Origin: an uncultured Chlamydiae bacterium
GTDB lineage: Bacteria; Chlamydiota; Chlamydiia; Chlamydiales; CACLRR01
Reading direction: 5' to 3'
DNA: 64,000 nucleotides
Assembly: GCA_902609415.1 (NCBI GenBank)
Contig: CACLRR010000002.1
Location: 32,182-96,181 of the forward strand
The translations under genes and the position numbers were made by a program. The notes beneath the pieces are model-generated. The model made no database searches, had not been told where the DNA came from, and was given only the letters and a program-made list of their open reading frames with translations. Each line of letters opens with the position of its first letter. Within the stretch, counting starts at the first letter, position 1. Positions 20,198 through 29,142 of the stretch are shown here, in pieces.

Positions 20198-20770
20198 TTA
20201 TCTAGTGAGTAGTGGAAAATCCTTGTTATCAAGTGTGTCGCCTGAGCTATGCCCTATCATTTTAGGTACTGGACTATAGGCTGCTGTACTTTTTATTTGG
20301 TAGCGTGAAGAGAGATCACCCAGTACGATAAGTCTATATAGGTGTTTATGGGGGGTGTCTGAGCAGAAGAGATCATGAGTGGGGTGAATAAACAGTATAT
20401 CTTGAGGCTCCTCTTCAAAGAGGCTTATAGCATCCTGCTTGTTTGAATCGAGCATTAGGGGGATTAAGATACCCATGGTCACATCAGAAAAGGGTGTTAG
20501 TTGTTCAATGTTTGTGTGTTTTATAGATGAATTGATCAACATATCAAAGAGAAAACGTATGTGACTCTTCTTGGTTAGTTGGCTAGTAAGCTGGCCAAAT
20601 AATTTTTGCACGAGAAGCTTTTTCGCTCTAGGATCAGTTTTTGCAACATCGAATCTTATATCATTTTTGTTGAGATGATTTAATTCATCTTGAGTATAAA
20701 ATTCCTTGAATAGGAGGTGCCTATTTTTAGAAAAGAAGGTGCAGTCAGTTTGAGTTAATTGGTAGTGCAT
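20198..20770 (-). CDS. hypothetical protein, weak PhyH-like N-terminus
   Basis: LTQTDCTFFSKNRHLLFKEFYTQDEL resembles the PhyH-family N-terminus; overlaps the dapL stop. Confidence 0.6.
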   Translation of the reverse strand: MHYQLTQTDCTFFSKNRHLLFKEFYTQDELNHLNKNDIRFDVAKTDPRAKKLLVQKLFGQLTSQLTKKSHIRFLFDMLINSSIKHTNIEQLTPFSDVTMGILIPLMLDSNKQDAISLFEEEPQDILFIHPTHDLFCSDTPHKHLYRLIVLGDLSSRYQIKSTAAYSPVPKMIGHSSGDTLDNKDFPLLTR

Positions 20771-21984
20771 AAAGCTTCCTCTGATTTTAGAGTTGGTAGG
20801 AATTTAGTGAGGCGCATTAGTAAGGTGTTGCATGTTTCTTCATTAATAAAGCATGAAAGGCGCACAAAATCACTGCCACCTTTTCCAAAGCCTGAGCCAG
20901 GGATTGCAATAAGGTATAGTTTGTTGAGTAGAAGGTCAAAGAAATCCCAATCTGTATAACCTTCAGGAATTTTCCACCAAAGGTAGATCGAATCATCTCC
21001 ACCGTAGACAATTTGACCATGATTTTTGAGAGTTGTTTTGATCTTCTTAGTGTAGCTTAAGTATTTGTCAATTTGTAATCTTTGCTTTTCCATTGAATTA
21101 GGCATCAAAGCAGCAATAGCAGCTTTTTGGATAGGAAAGGAGACACCATTTGATTTGATTTCGAGTCTAGTTGTCCAAAGGGAGTTGAGTGGTAGATGGA
21201 GAGAGTGAGGAATGATGGTATAGCCTAGGCGAAGGCCAGAAAATCCAGCACTTTTTGAAAGACTCCTAAATTCAATAGCAACATTCCTTGCTCTTTCAAT
21301 TTCATAGATAGAATGAGCAACATCAGATGATCTGATAAAGGCTTCATAGGCAGCATCAAAGAGGATAATAGCCTTATGCTTTATTGCATAGTCTACCCAC
21401 AATTTAAGCGCTGTTTTTTTTATGGCGGTGCCACAGGGGTTTTGTGGTGAGCATAAATAGATAATATCTACTTTTTCATTGGGAGGATGAGGAGAGAAGT
21501 TGTTTTCTTCTGAGCATTCAATAAAGAGGAGGTTATCAAAGGAGCCATCTTCATTAGGTGTAATTCTTCCAGAGATGATTGCATTATCTAAGTAGACAGG
21601 GTAGGCGGGTGTAATAATAGCAAGTTTTGAATTTGGTGCAAATAGGTCTAAAATATTTGTGATGTCAGAGTTGATGCCATCGGAAATGAAGATCTCATCT
21701 TTTGTTATTGAAAGGTCATTATAGTAAACATTTTCAATTTCTTTTCTAAGATCATCTAAACCAAGAGAGCTTCCGTATCCTATAACATTTTGTTCCATTT
21801 CATTTCCGGCGTTGCAGATAGCTTTAGCTATCGAAGGCTCAAGAGTGTGGTTGATATCACCAACACCAAGGTTTAATATTTCTTGATTTGGATACTTGCG
21901 TTTTGTTTGACTTAGCTTTTCCTCGATAACAGGAAATATATATCGTTTATTTAATTGATTAAAAAATGAGCTTGTCGTTGCCAT
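20755..21984 (-). CDS. dapL: LL-diaminopimelate aminotransferase
   Basis: LGVGD, ISDG, YPVYLD, IYLCSPQNPCG, FDAAYEAFI, SLSKSAGFSGLRLG with PLP lysine, PGSGFG. Confidence 0.95.
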   Translation of the reverse strand: MATTSSFFNQLNKRYIFPVIEEKLSQTKRKYPNQEILNLGVGDINHTLEPSIAKAICNAGNEMEQNVIGYGSSLGLDDLRKEIENVYYNDLSITKDEIFISDGINSDITNILDLFAPNSKLAIITPAYPVYLDNAIISGRITPNEDGSFDNLLFIECSEENNFSPHPPNEKVDIIYLCSPQNPCGTAIKKTALKLWVDYAIKHKAIILFDAAYEAFIRSSDVAHSIYEIERARNVAIEFRSLSKSAGFSGLRLGYTIIPHSLHLPLNSLWTTRLEIKSNGVSFPIQKAAIAALMPNSMEKQRLQIDKYLSYTKKIKTTLKNHGQIVYGGDDSIYLWWKIPEGYTDWDFFDLLLNKLYLIAIPGSGFGKGGSDFVRLSCFINEETCNTLLMRLTKFLPTLKSEEALCTTN

Positions 21985-22090
21985 AAAAGTCTTTTCGTAA
22001 GATTTGAGTTAGGCTATTATACTGATATTGTTTGAATAGTGCAATTAGAAAGGAGAGTTGTGGGGCAAGGCATATTGCGTAGGAGATATT

Positions 22091-22735
22091 TTGAATGTGG
22101 CTAGGGTTGAGAGTCAGCTTAGATATCAGTTTAGAGACAAAAAGCTCCTAAAAGAGGCGCTAACACATAGATCCTATTTGAATGAAAATAGGGATTGTTT
22201 GGTTAGTAATGAGAGATTAGAATTTTTAGGCGACTCTATTTTAGGAATGATTATTAGTGAGCATCTTTTTAAAACCTATAATGGGGCAACGGAAGGGGAG
22301 CTTACACGAAGAAAAAGGGAGTTTGTGGATCGCACAGCATGTCACATATATATTGAACATTTGGGTATTTTAGAGAATATGTATGTAGGCAAGGGTGTGG
22401 TAAAGAGTAGCTCGATTGGTGCTGATCTTTTTGAGGCTATTCTTGGAGCAGTCTACCTAGATAGCGACTATGATACTGTAGTAAAATTTTTCTTTGATCA
22501 TTTCAAGGAAGTTGTGCACAATGGTGTTCATGAAGAGGATCCAAAGACTATGCTTCAGAACTATTTACAGAAAGAAGAGAGTGTTTTGCCAGAGTACCGT
22601 GTAGAAAAAGTGTGTGGAGAGGAACACGCTAGGGAATACCACATAGCAGTGTATAGTCGTGAAAAGAAGATAGGTGTGGGCGTAGGTTCTAGTATAAAAG
22701 AGGCTCAGAAGGCCGCAGCAAAGGATGCATTATAG
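22091..22735 (+). CDS. rnc: ribonuclease III
   Basis: ALTHRSY, NERLEFLGDSIL, ADLFEAILGAVYLD, dsRBD DPKTMLQ; TTG 22091 follows an AGGAGA RBS (ORF track starts at 22058). Confidence 0.97.
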   Translation: MNVARVESQLRYQFRDKKLLKEALTHRSYLNENRDCLVSNERLEFLGDSILGMIISEHLFKTYNGATEGELTRRKREFVDRTACHIYIEHLGILENMYVGKGVVKSSSIGADLFEAILGAVYLDSDYDTVVKFFFDHFKEVVHNGVHEEDPKTMLQNYLQKEESVLPEYRVEKVCGEEHAREYHIAVYSREKKIGVGVGSSIKEAQKAAAKDAL

Positions 22736-24099
22736 TTACAAAAACAATTATTTCCTATTTGTGTGATGCATGTGGTCATTCACAACCGAAGTGGGCAGGA
22801 AATTGCCCTTCGTGTAAGGAGTGGAATACACTTAAGCAGTTTACAGAGAAAAAAGACAGTGGAGCACGTTATAGTGTTAAAGAGAGAGAGCGTTCTTGCC
22901 CCATTACTGATGTTACTCTAGAGCCTGTAGAAAGGATGAAAACTGGATTAGGTGAATTTGATCGTCTGATGGGTGGTGGGGTTGTTGTTGATTCATTGAC
23001 GCTTCTCGGCGGCAATCCAGGGATTGGTAAGTCTACGATGATGTTGCAAGTAGCCTTCCAATTTTGCAAGTCTGGAAAAAAAGTTCTTTATGTTGCAGGT
23101 GAAGAGTCAAAGATGCAGACATCACTTAGAGGAAAGAGATTAGAAACGATGCATCATCACCTTTTTGTTTTAGCAGACACCCTTTTTTCAAATATTGAAA
23201 AAGAGATTGAGCTTATTCAGCCAGACATTTTAATTGTGGATTCAGTGCAGATTGTATACAAGGGTGAAGTTGCTTCACTACCAGGATCTGTAACGCAGGT
23301 AAAAGAGATTGCCATGGAGTGTATGCATATGGCAAAAACACGTCATATTACAACATTTCTTATTGGCCATGTGACAAAGAGTGGGGATTTAGCAGGGCCG
23401 AGGGTATTGGAGCATATTGTTGATACCGTATTAGATTTTGAGGGTGATAAGGACTTTGGCTACCGCATCGTAAGGGCGCATAAAAATCGTTTTGGACCCA
23501 CTGATGAAGTGGCTATGTTTCAGATGGAAGGCAAGGGATTGAAGGAAATTTTACATCCTTCTAAACTGTTTTTAGAGGAAAGACAAGAAGGTGTAACAGG
23601 GACGGTAGTCATTGCCTCTATGGAGGGAACAAGAGCTATTTTAGTTGAGCTTCAAGCACTTGTTGCGCCGTCACATTTTTCCACTTCATCAAGGCGTTCT
23701 ACAGGGGTAGATCAAAATCGCTTAGCACTTTTACTTGCTGTCTTAGAAAAAAAAGTGGGTTTTCATTTAGCTCAGATGGATATTTTTGTTTCTATTACTG
23801 GAGGAATAAAGATTGTGGAACCTGCTGCAGATCTTGCTATTTTACTTGCTATAGCTTCTTCGTTTGCAAATCAGGTGTTGCCAAAAGATATGGCAGTCGT
23901 AGGGGAGGTGGGGCTTTCGGGTGAATGTAGGTCTGTTCCTTGGGTAGAAAATAGAATTAAAGAAGCAATGAACATGGGTTTTTCTAAAATGATGCTTCCT
24001 CAAAGATCACTCAAAGGGTTAAAGGAGCGTTTTAATCAAAAGATTGATTTAATAGGAGTTTCATCAGTAGCAGAAGCGATTAAAATTGCGATAGGTTAA
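22732..24099 (+). CDS. radA: DNA repair protein RadA/Sms
   Basis: C4 zinc ribbon CDAC..CPSC, GGNPGIGKST, KNRFG, Lon-like C-terminus; start inferred at ATA 22732 (first canonical start is TTG 22759). Confidence 0.97.
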   Translation: MVTKTIISYLCDACGHSQPKWAGNCPSCKEWNTLKQFTEKKDSGARYSVKERERSCPITDVTLEPVERMKTGLGEFDRLMGGGVVVDSLTLLGGNPGIGKSTMMLQVAFQFCKSGKKVLYVAGEESKMQTSLRGKRLETMHHHLFVLADTLFSNIEKEIELIQPDILIVDSVQIVYKGEVASLPGSVTQVKEIAMECMHMAKTRHITTFLIGHVTKSGDLAGPRVLEHIVDTVLDFEGDKDFGYRIVRAHKNRFGPTDEVAMFQMEGKGLKEILHPSKLFLEERQEGVTGTVVIASMEGTRAILVELQALVAPSHFSTSSRRSTGVDQNRLALLLAVLEKKVGFHLAQMDIFVSITGGIKIVEPAADLAILLAIASSFANQVLPKDMAVVGEVGLSGECRSVPWVENRIKEAMNMGFSKMMLPQRSLKGLKERFNQKIDLIGVSSVAEAIKIAIG

Positions 24100-24101
24100 T
24101 T

Positions 24102-24458
24102 ATGTGGGAGACTTTGTGTGTCGGTGCTTTTGGAGGACTTGGAGCTCTGTTAAGATATTCATTAGTTGTCTTGTTTGCAAAGGGACAGTTGATCTCCTTT
24201 CATTCTCTTTTAGCAAATGTGATAGGTTCTTTTTGTATGGGGCTTTTTTCTTATTTGTTTATAGATAGTCATTATCTGCAGACAGCACTTCTTGTTGGTT
24301 TTTGTGGAGGGTTAACTACCTTTTCATCATTTATCTTTGAGACTACGATGCACTTGAGGAGGAAGGAGATTTTTCTAAGTCTTGCTTATCTTGTTGCCAC
24401 AGTGGTAGTTTCTCTTATTTTCTGGTTTTTTGGAGTTTTTTTAGGGAGAGGATTGTGA
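24102..24458 (+). CDS. crcB: fluoride efflux channel Fluc/CrcB, copy 1
   Basis: GGLGALLRY, ANVIGSF, GFCGGLTTFSSF. Confidence 0.93.
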   Translation: MWETLCVGAFGGLGALLRYSLVVLFAKGQLISFHSLLANVIGSFCMGLFSYLFIDSHYLQTALLVGFCGGLTTFSSFIFETTMHLRRKEIFLSLAYLVATVVVSLIFWFFGVFLGRGL

Positions 24459-24805
24459 TGCAAATGATTTGGGTGTTTATCGGAGGCTTTTTAGGGACGA
24501 TTATAAGATATTCTGTTGAATTTTCAGGTGCAACATTTTTTGTGAATATGATGGGATCATTTTTTATTGGACTGATTTACGCTCTTTTAGGTACTTCTAA
24601 AAGGCAAGAGCATCTTAAATTTTTTTTAATTATTGGCATTCTAGGCAGTCTAACAACGGTGTCTCATTGGATTAGTGAGATTGGATTAGATCTTAGATGG
24701 CATCACTATCTTTCTTTATTATTTCAGATTATTATTGTACCAATAGTAGGAATTTTACTTTGTTCTTTTGGCTATGAAAGGGGGCGTAAATTAAAAAAGA
24801 TGTAA
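24455..24805 (+). CDS. crcB: fluoride efflux channel Fluc/CrcB, copy 2 (divergent partner)
   Basis: GGFLGTIIRY, VNMMGSF, GILGSLTTVS. Confidence 0.85.
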   Translation: MMQMIWVFIGGFLGTIIRYSVEFSGATFFVNMMGSFFIGLIYALLGTSKRQEHLKFFLIIGILGSLTTVSHWISEIGLDLRWHHYLSLLFQIIIVPIVGILLCSFGYERGRKLKKM

Positions 24806-25440
24806 TAAGAGTCGGCGCTAGAGATTCCAATCTTTCTAAAGAGCAGGTAAGAGAGGTGGAAGAGCTTCTTAAACCTATTAATATTATTTTTGAGCCTGTT
24901 TTTGTAAAGACTTACGGAGATATAGATAAGAAGAGATCACTAAAAAATCTACCAAAGGATGATTTTTTTACAAGGGAAGTGGAGCAGTTGCATTTTAAGG
25001 GGAGTGTGGATCTCAGTATTCATTCTTTAAAGGATCTTCCGGAGCGCTTACAAGAAGGGCTTGTTTTGGTTGCTGTTACAAAGGGGATTGATTCAAGGGA
25101 TGCCTTAGTTTTCTCTAAAAATTTAGATATAGAAACACCTTTTATTGTTGGTACATCATCAAAGAGTAGGGAAAAGAATGTTTTAAAAATATTCCCAAAG
25201 GCTGTTTGCAAAGATATACGAGGAACAATTGAGGAGAGGATAGAGCAAATGGATTTTGGATTTTATAATGGTGTGGTGATTGCAGAGGCAGCAATTTTAC
25301 GACTAGGGCTTTTGGATTTAAAGCGGATTTATCTTAAAGGCGCAACAGCCAAAGGTCAAGGTCAGCTTGCAATTGTAGCTAGAGCAGATGATCTTAATAT
25401 AAAGAAACGGTTATTAACGTCTGGAATTGAGTTTGGATAG
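24790..25440 (+). CDS. hemC: hydroxymethylbilane synthase, short chlamydial form
   Basis: in-frame IRVGARDSNLSKEQ upstream of the annotated GTG 24856, then TYGDID, FFTREVE, IHSLKDLP, GTSS, DIRGTIEERI, GQGQLA; start inferred at ATT 24790. Confidence 0.9.
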   Translation: MKKDVIRVGARDSNLSKEQVREVEELLKPINIIFEPVFVKTYGDIDKKRSLKNLPKDDFFTREVEQLHFKGSVDLSIHSLKDLPERLQEGLVLVAVTKGIDSRDALVFSKNLDIETPFIVGTSSKSREKNVLKIFPKAVCKDIRGTIEERIEQMDFGFYNGVVIAEAAILRLGLLDLKRIYLKGATAKGQGQLAIVARADDLNIKKRLLTSGIEFG

Positions 25441-26121
25441 TAGTCTTAGAATCTCTAGATAAAGCCAAACAAGTGTGACCATTAGGGTGAACCCTGCAAA
25501 CCATTCCATATATTTTGGTGATTTTCCTTTCATTTTTTCGATAAAGTCAAAATCCATGATAAGATTCATGGCAGCAATAATAATGACAAAAACAGAAAAT
25601 CCAATACCAACAAGACCATTAGAATGGATAAATGACATTGGCATTCCAAAGATTGAGAGAATCATCGAGAGGAAATAGAGAAGAGCAATGCCTCCGGTAG
25701 CTGCAAAGACACCAAGTCGGAATTTATCTGTGACCTTGATCATTCCACTTTGGTAAATGATGAGCATGCTAAAGAGAACAGAAAGGGTCAGAAGGACAGC
25801 CTGGAAGATAATGGGCCCGTAAGCGTTTGCATAGGTAAGGGAGATCGCCCCGAGAAGCAAACCTTCAAAAAAGGCGTATAGAGGTGCAAAAAATTTGGCA
25901 AGGTGTTTTTTGACAATAATAGCAATGAACGAGATGATCGATCCAATAAGACCTATCATTAGGAAAGAAGAGCTTTCGGAGAGAGGCTGGGAAAAGGCGT
26001 AGGCTGCAGACATAAAAAGGATGAGAGCAAGTATGAGGGATTTGTGGACAACGCCTCTTATTGAAAGCATTTCTTCTGCATTTTGTTGTGGGAAGTATCT
26101 TTCCTGAAGGAGTGGGTTCAT
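25414..26121 (-). CDS. Bax inhibitor-1/YccA family membrane protein
   Basis: seven TM segments, APLYAFFEG, QAVLLT, NLIMDFDFIE, VTLVWLYLEILRLL. Confidence 0.92.
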   Translation of the reverse strand: MNPLLQERYFPQQNAEEMLSIRGVVHKSLILALILFMSAAYAFSQPLSESSSFLMIGLIGSIISFIAIIVKKHLAKFFAPLYAFFEGLLLGAISLTYANAYGPIIFQAVLLTLSVLFSMLIIYQSGMIKVTDKFRLGVFAATGGIALLYFLSMILSIFGMPMSFIHSNGLVGIGFSVFVIIIAAMNLIMDFDFIEKMKGKSPKYMEWFAGFTLMVTLVWLYLEILRLLSKLNSRR

Positions 26122-26158
26122 AGTAGACCTCTTTATTTTTATTTAGTATAGTACAGAA

Positions 26159-26817
26159 ATGAAAAAAAAGACACTCTATTTAGGGCTTAACCCTAAACAT
26201 TATGAAACAGATAATGAGATAGTACATTTCCCAGTGATTGAAATAGCACCGCGTTGTTTTTCTAATAAGGAGATTCAAGAGGTGTTTTTACACATAGAAA
26301 AATATACAGACATCATTTTTACAAGCAAAAGTTCTGTACAGATTTTCTTTGACTACATAAAGCGTGCAGGCAAAGCCATTGATGATCTTGAAGGTGTTGA
26401 CTTCATAGCTATAGGGAAAATAACTGCTAAGTGGCTTAGAGGGTTTGGAGTTGAGGTAGCAAATGTTGCAGAGGATGAGACGCAGGAGGGAATCATTGCT
26501 CTTCTTTCTACCATTGAATTAAAGAAAGTTTGGTTCTATTGCCTCAATCATCAAAAGCAAGAGTAAAGCTTGCACATTTTCTTGTTGAAAAGGGTGTACA
26601 TCATCAGATTGTGCACCTTTATGATACAAAGACAAAAAAGGATCTCAAGTATCCCAAAATAGATCAGTTTGAGGAGGTGGTTTTTACAAGTCCATCTACC
26701 GTGGATGCGTTTTTTTCAACCATTCCAAAAGATATGATTCATGATGTGTATCGTTATAAAGTGATCGGTCCTATCACTGCTGAAGTATTAAAAGAAAGAT
26801 TGAATGTATTAGTGTGA
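26159..26817 (+). pseudogene. hemD: uroporphyrinogen-III synthase, split by a frameshift near 26518-26530
   Basis: ORF1 has IIFTSKSSV, AIGKITA, ETQEG; ORF2 (-1 frame) has LLPQSSKAR, YDT, FTSPSTVDAF, IGPITA. Confidence 0.85.
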
Positions 26818-26851
26818 ATGTGTTAAATTTTTTAAAAAATCAGGGGGAAGT

Positions 26852-27445
26852 ATGACATATGAATTACCAAAATTACCTTATTCTTATGATGCACTAGAGC
26901 CAAATATTGATGCTAAAACAATGGAGATACACCACACTAAGCACCATCAGACATATGTCACTAAATTGAAGGAAGCATTAGAGGTGCTCAAAATTACAGA
27001 GGCAGATATTGAAAAATTGATTACAACCCATAGGGATAAACCCGCTGTAAGAAATCATGGTGGAGGTCACTATAATCACTCTCTCTTTTGGGAGATATTG
27101 CAGCCCAAGGGATCAAGTGAACCTAGTGGATCTCTTATGAAACAAATAGCCGTTGATTTTGGAGACTTTGACTCCTTTAAGGAGAAGTTTGCAAGCGCTG
27201 CAGCAACACGGTTTGGATCTGGATGGGCATGGCTTGTTGTTAAGAACGGAAAATTAGCTATTCTATCAACACCTAATCAAGACAACCCACTGATGGATGG
27301 CCATGGAGTGCCTATTCTTGGAATTGATGTATGGGAGCATGCGTATTACTTAAACTATCAAAATAGAAGACCTGATTATATTAATGCTTTTTGGAATGTT
27401 GTTAATTGGGATGTAGTTTCAGAAAAATATGAGGCATGTAGTTGA
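26852..27445 (+). CDS. sodA: Mn-type superoxide dismutase
   Basis: [37 protein letters not shown]. Confidence 0.95.
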   Translation: MTYELPKLPYSYDALEPNIDAKTMEIHHTKHHQTYVTKLKEALEVLKITEADIEKLITTHRDKPAVRNHGGGHYNHSLFWEILQPKGSSEPSGSLMKQIAVDFGDFDSFKEKFASAAATRFGSGWAWLVVKNGKLAILSTPNQDNPLMDGHGVPILGIDVWEHAYYLNYQNRRPDYINAFWNVVNWDVVSEKYEACS

Positions 27446-28848
27446 TGAAATTTGATAATCGAACGACAGAGAGTGCGGTTAAAGTTTACGCCATAAATAA
27501 AGTGGCTGAGAAAGTGTCTGAAAAGGTAAAAAAAAGACTATTGAAGGAACAATGTCAGGAAGAGCCTAAATTTGAGTGTGCCTCAATCAATGGAGAACTG
27601 GTCATTGTTACCTCTTTGATAAAAGATACTGAACATGGAGTAAGGGTTTTTGGTGCAGATTTAGTTCGGTATCTAGATGCTAATCAACATGAAGAAGCTG
27701 TTGTAGAATTAGACCACACATTTGAAAAGAAAGCACATCGTATAGCCTTTCTTGAAGGAGCTTTATTATCTACATATAGGTTTGATAGGTATAAGGATGT
27801 TTCTAAAAGCTCACTTAAGAATCTATTGATAGTTGGCGTTGATTTTTTAGAAGAGGAGATAGCCCAGGCTAAAATAATATCTGATAGCGTTGCATTTTCT
27901 AGAGATTTAGTTAATACCCCGCCTAATGATATGAAACCTTCGAATGTAGTTGATGCATTTAAGAGTATGGCTGATGAAAAAGTTAAGATACAGGTTCTTA
28001 ATGAAGAAGAATGTTCTGTTTTAGGCATGGGAGCTTATCTTGCTGTTGCTAGAGGTTCTAAAAGTAATCCTAAGTTCCTTCATGCTACATATAAATCAAA
28101 AAAATCTACAAAACGTATAGCTTTAGTAGGTAAGGGAGTTACATTTGACACTGGCGGACTTTCGTTAAAACCCCCTAAGAGCATGTTAAATATGAAGTCT
28201 GATATGAGTGGATTGGCAGTTGTTTTAGGTGTAATAATTGCTGTTTCACGATTGGATCTTGCTGTTGAACTGCATGTAATATCAGCTATAGCGGAAAATG
28301 CAGTAGACGGTGATTCTTATCGCCCTGATGATGTGGTTAAAGCTTCTAATGGTAAAACTATAGAGGTTAAAAATACTGATGCAGAAGGCAGGCTAACACT
28401 TGCTGATGCCTTAGTCTATACAGAAAAACTAGATAACGAACTTGACTATGTTATTGATATAGCAACACTTACGGGTTCTGCAGCAGTGGCGCTTGGCTCT
28501 GATTTTGCAGCAATATTTTCAAGAGATAGGAAGCTTGTAGATTCGATAACAGAGGCAGCAGAATGCCAAGGGGAAGGAGTTTGGCAACTTCCTCTTCCGA
28601 AATCGTATAAAAAATTGCTAAAATCTGAAGTTGCTGATCTTTCAAATATTGGCTCAACTCCTTATGGTGGGGCAATTACCGCAGCTTTATTTTTAGAAGA
28701 GTTTGTGACTACATCAAATTGGGCACATATTGATATAGCAGGGTGTGATTTTAATAATGGAAGCGCTGAAAATTGCAAACCAAATGGAGCATTGGTGCCT
28801 CTACTTCGTACTCTTACTCAATGGGTTAAGGAGATTTCGGATGCTTAA
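27442..28848 (+). CDS. pepA: leucyl aminopeptidase (M17)
   Basis: [38 protein letters not shown]. Confidence 0.95.
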   Translation: MMKFDNRTTESAVKVYAINKVAEKVSEKVKKRLLKEQCQEEPKFECASINGELVIVTSLIKDTEHGVRVFGADLVRYLDANQHEEAVVELDHTFEKKAHRIAFLEGALLSTYRFDRYKDVSKSSLKNLLIVGVDFLEEEIAQAKIISDSVAFSRDLVNTPPNDMKPSNVVDAFKSMADEKVKIQVLNEEECSVLGMGAYLAVARGSKSNPKFLHATYKSKKSTKRIALVGKGVTFDTGGLSLKPPKSMLNMKSDMSGLAVVLGVIIAVSRLDLAVELHVISAIAENAVDGDSYRPDDVVKASNGKTIEVKNTDAEGRLTLADALVYTEKLDNELDYVIDIATLTGSAAVALGSDFAAIFSRDRKLVDSITEAAECQGEGVWQLPLPKSYKKLLKSEVADLSNIGSTPYGGAITAALFLEEFVTTSNWAHIDIAGCDFNNGSAENCKPNGALVPLLRTLTQWVKEISDA

Positions 28849-28859
28849 ATTTGTTTGAT

Positions 28860-28884
28860 TAGCCTTTTTTTCTTTAAAAGGTTA
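28860..28884. terminator. weak hairpin after pepA
   Basis: TAGCCTTTT-7nt-AAAAGGTTA stem with one G:U pair; no clear downstream U-tract. Confidence 0.3.
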
Positions 28885-28891
28885 GGTTAGG

Positions 28892-29004
28892 ATTAAATAA
28901 AGGTTTGTTATGGTATTTTTTAATTTATTTAAGCAATCAAAGCAGAGGGTTGAAATAATAAGAGAAGATGATTTTAGAAGCGTTATCCAGTGTTTTGGCT
29001 TTCA
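28892..29004 (+). repeat. degenerate tandem duplicate of the accD leader and 5' end
   Basis: 28911-28941 matches 29144-29174 at 27/31 nt; peptide MVFFNLFKQSK vs [11 protein letters not shown]; offset 233 bp. Confidence 0.75.
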
Positions 29005-29142
29005 ACTAACTATTTTTGCTGATCAATTGAAGAAAAAAGTATGTTTTTTTAAAAACTGTAAATGGCAAGTGAGCTTTTTACCTTTGTTTTGTTCGTCTCT
29101 TTTTGTTATTATGAGTAGTCTGCAATTAAATAGAGGGTCTTT

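Noticed and set aside
24790-25440. HemC C-terminal truncation as a pseudogene sign
   Set aside because: Chlamydial HemC proteins are known to be shorter than the E. coli enzyme, so length alone is not evidence of decay.
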